The position numbers and the translations under genes are program-made. From the NCBI GenBank assembly GCA_964016885.1, contig OZ024741.1, forward strand, positions 230,268,001 to 230,332,000: a stretch of DNA of 64,000 nucleotides. Direction: 5' to 3'. This stretch comes from Eledone cirrhosa. Taxonomy: Eukaryota. Shown in pieces: positions 1 to 12,648 of the stretch (positions are counted from its first letter, which is position 1; each line of letters begins with the position of its first letter). A model generated the notes under the pieces. That model was not told where the DNA came from. It searched no databases and worked only from the letters and a program-made list of their open reading frames with translations.

Positions 1-267
1 GACGTAACTCTAGGTTGCGAAGCATGGTATCCGACGCTCTATCTACACTGCTAATCCACCACCCTTAACTCCAAAATATAGTAATAAACGATGATTATCA
101 TTTGAATGTAGCGCACTCGTGTTTCGCGAGATATTACGATGTAAGTTGTGTTATAAAGAGGCTAATTAAACAGGTTTGAATAACTTTCTAATAACATATA
201 CAATATATATCTTGATGAATATCTGAAATTCAAATCATAAACAATGTTTTATTATTATAATAATTTC

Positions 268-372
268 GTCGAGGTTAACTTTGCCTTTCATCCTTACGAG
301 GTCGATAAAATAAAGTACCAGTAATGCACTGGTTAATTGCTGGCCTTGTGCCTAAAGTAGAAACAATTATTA
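268..372 (+). mobile_element. 5'-truncated SINE (Deu/Nin-like central domain) with 17-bp TSD
   Basis: Core GAGGTTAACTTTGCCTTTCATCCTT..GTCGATAAAATAAAGTACCAG; TSD ATTATTATAATAATTTC at 251-267 and 366-382. Confidence 0.9.
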
Positions 373-446
373 TAATAATTTCTATAAAAGAGAGAGAGAG
401 TTTTATAACTTCGGACAATTACACATTATTAATATTTATGTATGTA

Positions 447-632
447 AGGGCGGTGGATTGGCAAAGGGTGATGGATTGGCGGTATCGGCAGAGAATCGGA
501 CGCCATACTTCGCAGCACAGTTACGTCCCTTTACGGACTGAGTTCAATTCAAATCCCGCCGAGGTTAACTTCATCTTTACGGGGTCGATAAAATAAAGTA
601 CCAGTAATGTACTTGGTAATTGCTGGCCTTGT
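447..632 (+). mobile_element. SINE, same family
   Basis: Head AGGGCGGTGGATTGGCA, B-box-like GAGTTCAA..TCC, and the same central core. Confidence 0.85.
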
Positions 633-940
633 GCCTTGTATTCATGTATATATGTATATATATGTATAAATAAATAAATATATATTGGTAATGAGTGAAA
701 GTGGGGATGGAGAAATAAGAATGAGTTAGAGAGAACCTGAGAAGGAGAGATGAAATATTCAATTCAGAGAAGACAGCAGATGTTTCTAGATGTCTAGTGA
801 TACAAAAAGTTGAATGATTTTACATTTTCGATTTCACATAGCGTGAAACTAAGTGACAAATCCGGCTAATCCTGTAACATATGTCTTTAATCGACGTCTT
901 ATATACGCCCTTTACTTCTGAATCAATGGGCAAACATTTT

Positions 941-1020
<80 letters not shown>

Positions 1021-1623
1021 ATTTATTACAGTGGTTGACGGAAACTACACGTATGAAGGTTTGAATGCCCGTGTTTTTCAAGACGTATCCCTACATCTGT
1101 GTATACGAGCGTGGCTATGTATGCGCCATGTGTGTGTGTATACGTGTTGTACATTTACATGTGTGCGTAAATGCCTGTATACATTTGTATGTATATCTAT
1201 GTATATGTGTGTAAATGAGTATCTGTATGTAAGTGAGTGTATGTGTGAGTGCATGTTTCTGTATACCTGTTCATAAAACATGCAATATTTCTTAGCCCTG
1301 TGTGTATGTAACTGGACATAATTTCGATTTGGATGAATCGATATATTTCCTTCTTCGATACAGTACTCAATAATAATAGCAAACGAATGAACTTGGTCTA
1401 ATGAATATTACATGTAATTTCACTAGGGTGACTTGCTAATGGGGGTCGCAGAATATTTTTACACCGATGACGTCATTCATCAGCAATGAACCGTATGCTA
1501 ATTATATTCACATCATTATCACATCACTATAACATCGATTCGATTCATCTTACTGCATATATACTTACATATACGAACACATACATAATTTTGTCATGTA
1601 TATGTAGAGGTGTATGAGTATAA

Positions 1624-1663
1624 ACACACACACACACACACGCACACTTACTCACACACACAC

Positions 1664-1751
<88 letters not shown>

Positions 1752-1766
1752 ATATATATATATATA
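1624..1766. repeat. (CA)n/(TA)n compound microsatellite
   Basis: Directly visible dinucleotide runs. Confidence 0.95.
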
Positions 1767-2777
1767 TTGAGAATAGACACACGAGTTTATACATATTAGG
1801 AAAACAAGAAAACAGTAGTAAATGCTGATAGAATTTTCTTTTAGAAAAACAGAAAAACTTTTTAAAAAGAACAAAACAAATTTTAGTACCGGTTTCAGCC
1901 GATAAACATGTCGACTTCTTCATACTACAGAAAATATGATAAAAAATATAAAAGTATATAATAAAGTTAATGTGTATATTAATTAGAAGAGAATATTAGG
2001 GAACATAGTTTACATATATAACCTACCAGCTTCCAAAATTTATAGCTGAGAAACTTCAAAATGCTTATTCGTAAACATACCGTATATCATTAGATATACA
2101 AAATTTACTTACTTATTCGTATTCATGTATGTTGGTGCGAAAACTTTAATTCTATTTTCAGCCTGACAGTTCCATATGCAGATGAGACTAATAAACCCAT
2201 TTACATAGGCGTAAAAACTATATATTTTCGTCTGTATTAAATTCCAACAGAGAGCAGGTTAGGGAGCACTATGTTGGTAAGAACCACTTGCCAGAAAGGA
2301 TTGTTGATAGTTATCCTCTACTGATTCTGCTGGAATTCGTTACATGGCTTTTGCCAACAGCTTCAAAAAATCGTAGCTAAAGAATTTCAAATGTTCATTC
2401 GTAAACGTACCGTATGTCATAAAATATACGAAATTCAGATACATAAATGTATACAAATTTTAATTTTAATATTCATATTTATATTTATATAAACTTTAAT
2501 CATTTTGTCTGTTGGGTTCAAATGACACCCAATTTTCAACAATATACCCCTAGTTTGGTAAATAATGAGAGACTTAGGCTATGAATTATCTGTACTCAAT
2601 GACAAGGTTTTGCTTTCCTTGTTTCGAATATTGTTATTTGAGATCTTTTTGTAAACTATATAATTGAACTAAATATTCATTAAATTCTTCTCCGCCTTTT
2701 TGTTCATTTCCTATATATTCTATTTATTTAGCTACAGCAAGCTGTATATCTAACATGTTGTATTATTTATTTTTCTA

Positions 2778-2970
2778 AAGGGCGGTGAATTGGCAGTATC
2801 GGTAGAGGGTCGGACGCCATGCTTTCCAGTATAGTTACGTCCCTTTACGATCTAAGTTCAAATCCCGCCGAGGTTGACTTTGCCTTTCATCCTTACGGGG
2901 TCGATAAAATAAAGTACCAGTAATGCACTGGGTAATTGCTGGCCTTGTGCCTAAAATAGAAACAATTATT
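2778..2970 (+). mobile_element. Full-length tRNA-head SINE with 15-bp TSD
   Basis: A-box-like TGGCAGTATCGG, B-box GTTCAAATCC, central core, tail GGCCTTGTGCCTAAAATAGAAACAATTATT; TSD ATTATTTATTTTTCT at 2762-2776 and 2965-2979. Confidence 0.92.
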
Positions 2971-3565
2971 TATTTTTCTCTCTCTTCTCCGCCCTTCCCA
3001 TTGAAGCATCTGAATTCCTTTCTTTTTACTTTCGTTCTATTTTCATATTTAGGTAATAGTTTTTTATTGTCATTGATTAATGAAGATATCTAGCACGAAC
3101 AAATTAAGTTCTTGATGACAATTGATATGTCGGATAATACCCTAATATATCTGACTGTGTTTGCCCCATTGAAATGAAATTCTAGACTACAATCTACTGA
3201 AATGAGGATACGTGTGTTCATTTGTGGGCTCTCCGTCTGATGTCTGCAGAATAAGAGTTTATGTATTTATTTATATTTACTGAGCAGTTAACATTTTAAT
3301 TTATAAAGCTATTTTTTCAAAAAACAAAACACAATTTTAAAGGGAATAAAAAAGAAATGAAAGAAGAAAAAAAATAATACAGTAACGAAAGAAAGGGAAA
3401 CTAGGATACATACATTATACCCAAGTCTGAGCTGTGCCTCAGCCGCGACTAGCGGGAAAATGGCAAAACCATTATTGCATAGAATCGCCAGACACACCCG
3501 CTGCAACAACCACCCCACCTCACGGAGCTCCCTCCTCTATATGCATATATGCATATATACATGAC

Positions 3566-3755
3566 TGTTTCTACTTTTAGTACAAGGACAGCAATTACCC
3601 CAGTGTATTACTGGTACTGTATTTTATCGACCACGTCAGAATGAAAGTCAAAGTTAACCTCGGCGGGATTTGAACTCAGAACGCATAGGGACGTAACTCT
3701 AGGTTTCGAAGCATGGTATCCGACGCTCTATCTACACTGCTAATCCACCACCCTT
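3566..3755 (-). mobile_element. SINE, same family
   Basis: Reverse complement of the head, core and tail; its head half is duplicated at 1-67. Confidence 0.85.
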
Positions 3756-4632
3756 AACTCCAAAATATAGTAATAAACGATGATTATCATTTGAATGTAG
3801 CGCACTCGTGTTTCGCGAGATATTACGATGTAAGTTGTGTTATAAAGAGGCTAATTAAACAGGTTTGAATAACTTTCTAATAACATATACAATATATATC
3901 TTGATGAATATCTGAAATTCAAATCATAAACAATGTTTTATTATTATAATAATTTCGTCGAGGTTAACTTTGCCTTTCATCCTTACGGGGTCGATAAAAT
4001 AAAGTACCAGTAATGCACTGGGTAATTGCTGGCCTTGTGCCTAAAGTAGAAACAATTATTATAATAATTTCTATAAAAGAGAGAGAGTGTTTTATAACTT
4101 CGGACAATTACACATTATTAATATTTATGTATGTAAGGGCGGTGGATTGGCAAAGGGTGATAGATTGGCGGTATCGGCAGAGAATCGGACGCCATACTTC
4201 GCAGCACAGTTACGTCCCTTTACGGACTGAGTTCAATTCAAATCCCGCCGAGGTTAACTTCATCTTTACGGGGTCGATAAAATAAAGTACCAGTAATGTA
4301 CTTGGTAATTGCTGGCCTTGTGCTTTGTATTCATGTATATATGTATATATATGTATAAATAAATAAATATATATTGGTAATGAGTGAAAGTGGGGATGGA
4401 GAAATAAGAATGAGCTAGAGAGAACCTGAGAAGGAGAGATGAAATATTCAATTCAGAGAAGACAGCAGATGTTTCTAGATGTCTAGTAATACAAAAAGTT
4501 GAATGATTTTACATTTTCGATTTCACATAGCGTGAAACTAAGTGACAAATCCGGCTAATCCTGTAACATATGTCTTTAATCGACGTCTTATATACGCCCT
4601 TCACTTCTGAATCAATGGGCAAACATTTTTCG

Positions 4633-4670
<38 letters not shown>
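3690..4670. repeat. Copy 2 of the local direct duplication
   Basis: Matches 1-1020 with few substitutions and a shorter (TA)n. Confidence 0.95.
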
Positions 4671-5207
4671 TTAGAAATTAGTATCAGTGCTCTGAAATAG
4701 CGTTGTATGTATGAATGTAAGTATAGTATAGTTGATAATATACTGTATGTTTACTTAAAACATTTTGAAGACCATTCGCTATGCGTTTTAAAGTAGTGAC
4801 TATGTCACTTACTTTGTCTCGGCAAAAACAAAGGGAAGCAACCGACAGCTGTTTCTCGTTTGTTAACGGTTATCAAGTCATACAGTATATTTTCAAATAT
4901 ACTATACATACATTCATACATACATCGCTAATTTCTAATTTTTTCTGGACCGGCACTCATTAAAAGTAAAAATTAAATCTCCTTTAAACCGGTCCATGTT
5001 GTGACCACTTTTATGGCTCGATAAGGTCAGACCTTCGTCGCGGTATATTCCCGTGTATAAGTCCGGGTGTAATGTGAAGTTACTGTAGGTTCACCCAAGC
5101 GTGTACTCGATGTTTAGGTTCACGTCAGTGGCGAGGTGTAGAGCTAGGCAGAGTGTATTATAATAATATAAGGACGAATTGTTAAACCTTTATTACATTT
5201 ATTGATT

Positions 5208-5292
5208 GGTGACGCGCGTTTCGCTATTGATCAGCTAAAGGTTTGATCTGTATCGATCTGGCCCGACTCTGGAATCAAAAGCTCGTCGGACC
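5208..5292 (-). ncRNA. Minimal type I hammerhead-like motif with long stem II (core variant CCGACGA)
   Basis: Minus strand: GGU-CCGACGA-GCUUUUGAU...AUCAAUAGC-GAAA-CGCGCG-UC-ACC; palindromic stem III and GUC triplet. Confidence 0.6.
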
Positions 5293-5433
5293 TCTGTTGT
5301 TGTAATGACAGGATGAATATATAAGTCATGCCTTTTTTATTCATTCTGTCATTACTACAACAGTAGTAACCAAACAATAAACATAATGAAATCGTCCTTG
5401 TATTATTATTATCATTATTATTATAAAATCACG

Positions 5434-5837
5434 AGGGCGGTGGATTGGCAATATCGGTAGAGGGTAGGACGCCATGCTTTGCAGCACAGTTACGTCCCTT
5501 TACGGACTGAGTTCAAATCCCGCCGAGGTTAACTTTGCCTTTCATCCTTACGGGGGCGATAAAATAAAGTACCAGTAATACACTGGAATAATTGCTGGCC
5601 TTGTGCTAAAAGTAGAAACAATTATTATAAAATCATGAGGGCGGTGGATTGGCAGTATCGCTAGAGGGCCGGACAATATGCTTTGCAGCAAAGAGTTACG
5701 GCTCTTTATGATCTGAGTTCAAATCTCGCCAAGGTTAACTTTGCCTTTCATCCTTACGAGATGGATAAAATAAAGTACCAGTAATACACTGGAATAATTG
5801 TTGGCCTTGTGCCAAAAATAGAAACAATTATTATTAT
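5434..5837 (+). mobile_element. Two head-to-tail full-length SINEs (about 5434-5625 and 5638-5837)
   Basis: Each has head, core and tail; ATTATTATAAA(A/C)TCA recurs at 5417, 5621 and 5830. Confidence 0.92.
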
Positions 5838-6212
5838 AAACTCAGGGTGGAGAGGGAAGTGCTGCCTTCCAGCCAGTTTGTTGAAATGTGGGTGAGAGAG
5901 GCAAGAATGGCCCGTGTGAATGAGCCTAACCTGAGCGTGTGCCTGTAGCATCGTAGGAGGAAAACTGGAAGAGGGCACTTGCCCTAGCAGTCAGGGTAAC
6001 CGTGGCTTTTTTGTGGGCTTTCTCCTCAACAACCGATCCTCGGAAGTCTCCACCCCTATTGGGGAATTTTTCAATGTTTCTTTTTTTGTTACATCTCTGT
6101 TTTTGTTTTTTTTACACGCAAACATTTCTACCATCCTGTATTGTCCTGTGTTGTCCTTAATGTTATACTTTGTGTCAACCCTAGTGGTTAATAAAGGAAG
6201 TATTATTATTAT
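5838..6212 (+). mobile_element. 5'-truncated Tx1-clade LINE (ORF2 C-terminus, 3' UTR, (ATT)n tail)
   Basis: Aligns to 17707-18086; ends AATAAA..GAAG(TAT)n. Confidence 0.9.
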
Positions 6213-6439
6213 GGCCGCACATGTGTGAAGACAGTACAAATCTGCGGGGGAAAAAGGTTCGTAACTTTAAGCTGTTTTAAAGTGCCATTTTTTTGTATTT
6301 TCTTGTCGTTAACGAAACTTAAGGTACACATCTTGATTTAAAGATAGGGATACCTCTCAATATTCGGGCTTTAAGCCCGAATATTCAGATTTATTTTTTA
6401 AAACTTCGAAAAAAATCACTTCCCCACCAAAAGAAAATT

Positions 6440-8345
6440 ATGGAAATTTTCGACCTTGAAACGGTAAACAACGTTCAGGTCAAAAGTTTAAAGGCAGCCA
6501 CTGCAGATTTCACCACGACTACGACGGCTACAGTCATGCCTGTCATCCACTCTACTGAATGTGAAGGCAAAACTCAAAAGCTACCATCACAAACTTCTGC
6601 CATAGCAGCAGTATCATCTGAAAACGACATCACCACCACCGCCACCACCACCACCACCACCACCACAACAACAACTCAGAGCAATAACGACAATAACACC
6701 GACAGCTTCAATGTAAACAAGGATGGCGGTGGCAACAGCAAGAATGACAACAACAACAATAAGAGCATCAGAAACACCACATTTGCTGCAGCAGCAGCAA
6801 AAACAAAGCGCTTATTGAATATTGATATTGATATTAGCGATAAAGACGAACAGTTGGCCAACGCGTGGAGGCTAATTAAACGGGAGAAGTCCTGGGCAAA
6901 CCTGACCATCCCGGACGAGGCAATAGCGGCCATGCAAAGGAGGACGGTGCTCTTTCGATGTATTTCGGTGCAGATACGAAAAGTAGAACTTGCGAGCCAA
7001 GCAGAGGTAGGGGCTGCTTTGGAGTACATCGGAAGTAACATAGCGTACAAAGCAAGAGGCAAAGAGTTCGGTACCATCTCGGTACTGTTCAAAACCGAAG
7101 CCCTCGCTACTAAGCACTCGGTGACCCCCTGCAGAACGGAACGCATTATCATGCATCCGTCCTATATGGGTAAAAGGACAGTGAAGGTACGCATTCCCAG
7201 CATCCCACCAGGAATGAACACATGGTGGCTGCTGGGATGCGTAATCGAGGAATGGATTTAGAGATTCTTCTCCAAATGAAACCGGAGGATATGAATAACA
7301 TCCCGGATTTTGCCCGCCTGCAGGACGGGACAACAATCCAACTAATGATTGACGGAAGAAGGCCACGCTGCTTCGTCTGCGGGGAAGCAACGCATCTTCA
7401 AGCCTTCTGCCCTCAGCGCAAAAATGCAGGGGGTCGCAAACCTCCTTTGTTGCCAACGCCAGTGTCAGCACGGAAAGCTGCATCACCACCACCACCAAAA
7501 ACAACATCAACAAAAACACGGAGACCAACAACAAAAGCAGCCGGATTACCACTAACACCAAAACCAATCCAAGGAGAAAACGAGGAAAGCTACCCCCCCC
7601 CCCAATTATACACATAGACAAAACAATAAACGCACACACAGACACAGAGACACTCACAGACACAGGCCCTTTGTCTTCCAGCAGCGAAGATGAAGGAAAA
7701 CCCAAAAGTGCAAAAAAAAACAGAGAAAACTAAAAAAAAAAGCCCCAACAAAACACAAAAACACACACAACAAAAAATACAGACACCATTAACGCAAACA
7801 CTTCCCCAATAACATCATCACCAACAGCAACATCGACACCACCTCCACAATCCCCGAAACGCAAACAACCTAAACAAACGCAAGTACAAATAAACACACA
7901 AATACCTGAAATTGCAGACACCACACCTACAACAAACATAGACATACCCGAAACAACACCACCAAAACCATCGGCACCACCTTCACCAAAACGAAAACAA
8001 ATAAAACCACACCAACAAAATGTTAAAAACTTCGTGCTTGTCAGAAGGGCCAACGAGAAACTGATGGCCTTCTTAGCGCGAAGCGAGGACATTCAAACAG
8101 AGGGGGAGATTTTTGAAATGAGCACATTTTGCGTGCCAGAAGATTTGCTTCTGGTCCGAATGTCACTCAATTCCTTCAAAGAAATTCGAGAGAGCTTTCC
8201 TCAAGACGTGGGAACCCCGAATGTGAAACCCACATCAAGACTTTTAAGGGGGTTCCCAAAAGAAACCCCACCAACTATGGAGATCGAACCACCCGACCTT
8301 CACAAGACCCGGGAGGTAAGTAAACCTTCCCTCTCTCTCTCTTAG
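6440..8345 (+). pseudogene. Tx1 ORF1 (low-complexity N-terminus, zinc knuckle, Pro/Thr-rich linker), frameshifted
   Basis: CFVCGEATHLQAFC (CX2CX4HX4C); spread over ORFs 6440-7261, 7222-7617 and 8034-8345; homologous to copy B ORF1. Confidence 0.8.
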
Positions 8346-8354
8346 CTTACCAAT

Positions 8355-11300
8355 ATGGCCATATTAAGAGTAGGAAGTTTAAATGTTCGCGGCCTGGAGT
8401 CACCCTGGAAGCAGGGTCGCCTGCTCAACGACCTCCAGTCGCTGGAAATGGATGTGATTGCCGTAAGCGAGACCAGAATTTCCGACACGCGCGCACTAGC
8501 CCCCATTTTTGACGACTATCAGATCTTCGCATCTATTAGCAGGCCGGAAATGGGGGGTGGGGTGGCAGTGCTGTTTAGGAAAGGACTGGAACTCGAGGTA
8601 AGGTCGATCTTCCGGGACCCGGACGGTAAGTTGGTGGTCTTGGATGTGAGCAGTAGCGAAGGTGGTGCCTTTAGACTGCTGGCCGTCTACGCCCCTACAG
8701 GGGCCGGACGACCTGACTTCTTTAGGCGCCTGGAGACCTTTCTGGGTACGTCTCGCCCTTTACTGTTAGCGGGGGACTGGAATGGCATCTTAGACGCACG
8801 CTGGGATTGTGTGGGAGTAGCCGATAGGAGCGGGGGGTGCAAAAGCCTCAAGCACCTACTCAGCCAGTTCCAACTCTCTGACAGGTATCGACTAGATTTC
8901 CCCAATGTGCCAGTATGGACATGAACCAACCGAATGGGGTCATCTAGATCATATATAGACAGGATCATCATTAGGAAAATAAATAGAAATAGTGTGGGCT
9001 GTCCACTTTTTAAAACGGTCGCCTATTCAGATCACAAATTTGTGATCTGTACGGTTAGAGCTAAATAAAACGCGTAGGTTAGGACCGGGTTACTGGAAGC
9101 TGAACATGTCATTTCCGGCCCGTAAGGCTTACAGGGACCGAGTCAACAAGTTAGTTAAGCAAAAGTTGACAGGGGGGATCATCAACAATAGATGGTGGGG
9201 GGCTCTCAAAAGAGAGATTAGAGTAACTTCGATAGAGTTCAGCAAAGAAGTAGCGTTAGAGAAAAATAGAAAGGAGGGGGAGCTGGTAGATAAGTTAGAC
9301 GAGGTTATTTGTAGTGGCATCGCAACTACGTGCTAGCGGCGAGAATGGCATTAGACCCTTTCTTCAATGCCAAACACGAAGGTTGCATTGTCAGAGCTAA
9401 GGCGCGTGCGCTGAGAAACGAGGGAACTAAAGCTGTTCGATGGGCCCGCGTGGCGGAGGCGCAGCGTGGTAATAAAACCACAATTCGGTCTTTTGCGGAC
9501 CGAGACGGACACGAGATAAGCGATTCCAAGCGGATGTGTGAGGCCTTTCGCCAGCACTTCGCTCGGTTGTTCAGGGAGAGTGGCGAGTCAGAGAGAGTAG
9601 CGGATTTCAGTCCCTACCTTGACGGCTTGCCGCGCATCTCGACAGTCGACGCTGAGCGCTGCGAAAGGCCGATTACCTCAGCCGTAATTCAGGATGCCCT
9701 TGTAGGCTCCATGAGGCGCAAGTCAGCCGATTTGGATGGGCTGGCCTAAGAGCTTTACGTAAATATGCCAGACTTGTTCTCCGAACTCCTCGAAGCACTC
9801 TGCTGCAACTGGCAGCAGAATGGGAGTATTCCCAGTTCTGTGAGCAGGGGAGTGGTGACGCTGATAAGGAAAGATGAGAACAAGAGGGATACATTAGACA
9901 ACTTCAGGCCCATAACTCTGCTCAACACAGAGTTTAAGATTTTGGCCAAGGTGTTAGCAAAGAGATTGGTGCTTGTCGTCGGGGATTTTGTTGGGGAGGC
10001 GCAAACTTGCGCAATCCCAGCCAGGTCCATACACGACAATCTCCAACTCATGCGATACATCATAGAGAGGGTAGGGTGTAAACCTGGCTTCGGTGGGGCA
10101 CTGATCAATTTAGATCAATCGAAAGCATTCGATAGGGTCGACCATCGGTATCTGGAGTTTGTCCTCAAAAGCAGCTGGCTTCGGCCCTGTCTTTAGAAGC
10201 TGGATCGTTGCAATGCACAGCGGCACACGCTCGGTGGTCAAGGTTAATGGCCACCTCTCGGAACCATTTCGGCTCTCCCGATCGGTCCGTCAAGGGTGCC
10301 CTCTCTCTTCCCTTCTGTACGTATTGACTCTCGAGCCTTTACTGCGGAAGCTGGAGCTGTTGCAGGGCATCCCGCTCGAACCGGGACGTAGAAAGGCGGT
10401 GTCGGCTTTTGCGGACGACATCACCGTGATGGTGTCGAACACCTCAGAAATCGAGGTGGCCGGCACCTTATTGAAGGAATATGAAAGGTTGACAGGAGCC
10501 AAACTTAACCCGGAAAAGTCGGTGGGCTTGCAGCTCGGAACCTGGAGAGGCAAGCCCATGCCGTCCAACAGCGTCGTGGGGCGCTGGACGGACGGACGGA
10601 CCGGTAAAGCTGCTCGGGGTTTGGTTCGGACCAGACCTCCAGTTGGAAAAGAATTGGGACGAGGTAACGAGCAGAGTAGCCAGTCTTACCCCAAAATAGG
10701 CTGGGAGGAAGCTATCACTGAAAGGTCGCGCGGAGGTGGCGAATACGTACATCGCGTCCGTCATCTACTACCGCTTAACCGTCGTGCCTTACCCCCGTCC
10801 GCGCCTCGTCAAGTTGGAACGGCTCCTCTTCAAATTCTTGTGGAGGGGACAAGTTCCGTTGGTGAGGCGGTCCATCTGCTGCCAGCACCCTCTACGCGGA
10901 GGGGCTGGGCATGCCGTGGCTAATGATGCGCAGACATGCGTTGAGGCTGCGACATCTCCAGATATTCTGCCTCAATGGTGAACAGGTGTGGTCGCCGTTT
11001 ATCAGACGGGCCTTTCCGCAGCTCATTTCTTTGACTGAGCTGCAGTCCTGGGTCAAGAAGAGACCGAAACTGGGTGACTGGCACCTGGAATGTTGCCAGG
11101 CACTCACTGCCCTCTACCAAGCGGGCAATGCGATCAGTGGAACTTCCACCCTCGAGTTCTATAGAGGATTAGTGGTGGGCAAGTGCGATGACGCACTCGG
11201 AGAAGCTTTGGGCCTCGACGAAGTCGAACTGACCAGTCTGTACCGGAGGACTTTTGAGCCGGGGACGATGGACAATTTCCAGAAATCCCTCGCTTGGCAG

Positions 11301-11782
11301 TGCTACCGAGGGGCACTGCCGGTTCGGGATAAACTCTACAGGCACGGAAGTGCTGTCAGACGGACCTGCCCAAGATGCGCACAGAACGATGAAACCGTTC
11401 TGCACGCACTTGTCCAATGTCCGTGCATTACTGACTTGTGGAGTTATGTCGAACAGCTACTGTCGCGTGTGAAACGAATCCGGCTATCCGCCGAGTCCAT
11501 AATGAAGATCGAGCTGCACCTTTCTTAGGTCAGGAAGAGCAGGACATTTTCCTCTGTCTGGTGGCAGTTGCGAAAGAGATTATATGGTGGACCAGGTTGA
11601 AAGGACTAAAGACAGACACTTTTCTCTTCGGCCAATCCCTCATCAACTTCTTCAAGTTTCACCTGGAAAGGAGGGTGAGGGTGGAGAGAGAAGTGCTGCC
11701 CCCCAGTACATTTGCTAAAAGGTGGGTGAATGTGGCGAGAATGGCTCGTGTGAATGGGCCTACTCTGACAATGCGCCTATAG
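8355..11782 (+). pseudogene. Tx1 ORF2 (AP endonuclease, reverse transcriptase, zf-RVT), disrupted
   Basis: SLNVRGL, SET, VYAP, GDWN, FRPITLLNTEFKI, DQSKAFDRV, RQGCPLS, FADD, CPRC..ETVLHALVQC; several stops and frameshifts. Confidence 0.93.
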
Positions 11783-12281
11783 GCTGGCTAACTTGAGGAG
11801 AGGGGTGCTCTCCCTGGGTGCCCTAGAAGCGCAGGGTTGTTCAGGACTCGTGGGGTACCAGAATCACCCCAGGGTCGTCCACCCCCTATCGGGGAATTTA
11901 TTTTGTTATATTTATGCATAGTTTATTTTATATTTTTATATTTTCATTGTTAAATTAGTCTTGCCATTGTGCACTTTTACTCGAGCTTATTGTAAACCCC
12001 CACTGTCCCTGTCTTTGTATTGTCACCTACATGTCGGCCCTTGTGGCTAATAAATGAAATCATTATTATTATTATTATTATTGAATGCTATGGTTGACGG
12101 AGGCTCGGCTCTGTAAGGTATTGTAAATTTTGACCGCTATAACAATTGTAAATTGTTTAAAACTTTAACCAACTTGTAGACAAAAACACCCTCCTCCTCG
12201 TGAGAGGGGTCTTTCTGCCCGTTATTTGGCCCTTCGGGGTCAAATAACCGCTTATTGGGGTTTTGTGCCCCAAAAAACAAC

Positions 12282-12617
12282 ATGGTTACGAAAAAGAATT
12301 TTCATAGGTCACTCCCACTCATTCCGTATTCTTCTTCCTCAATCGTCACTACAGCAGAGAGAATATTGTCTCTCTCCCTCCCTTCTCTTTCGCAAGCCAC
12401 GCCAGAAAAGAAAAATCACGTGCAAAGCGAGCAAGATTTCTCCACGACGACGACGACAACGACGAAAAAGGTGTGCGGGAAATACGAAAACCCATTTCAT
12501 TCGTCTGACGTCAGGAATAATAGCAGTAGCAGCCGTAATAACAGCAACAACAGTGACAAGGAAAACAACAGTAGCAGCCGCAACAGCATCAGCAGCAGCA
12601 TAAACCACAACAGCATT

Positions 12618-12648
<31 letters not shown>

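Larger units (their letters stand above)
1..1020. repeat. Copy 1 of a local direct duplication (offset 3689 bp), running off the window start
   Basis: 1-942 is near-identical to 3690-4631, including three SINE pieces; both copies end in a (TA)n(GA)n tract. Confidence 0.95.
6213..12082 (+). mobile_element. Near full-length Tx1/L1-group LINE, copy A (degenerate)
   Basis: ORF1 with CCHC knuckle; ORF2 with APE, RT and C-terminal zinc finger; AATAAA plus (ATT)n tail. Confidence 0.93.

Noticed and set aside
1455-1490. Minus-strand CUGAUGA followed by a hairpin
   Set aside because: No GAAA box or stem I follows.
6201-6216. TSD ATTATTAT(G/T)GCC shared with 18078-18089 around Tx1 A+B
   Set aside because: Only GCC lies outside the repeat, which is too little to distinguish from chance.
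6213-6270. HDV-like ribozyme at the Tx1 5' end
   Set aside because: CCGCA/TGCGG pairing exists, but I could not build P2, P3, P1.1 or the catalytic C strand; copy B has no equivalent.
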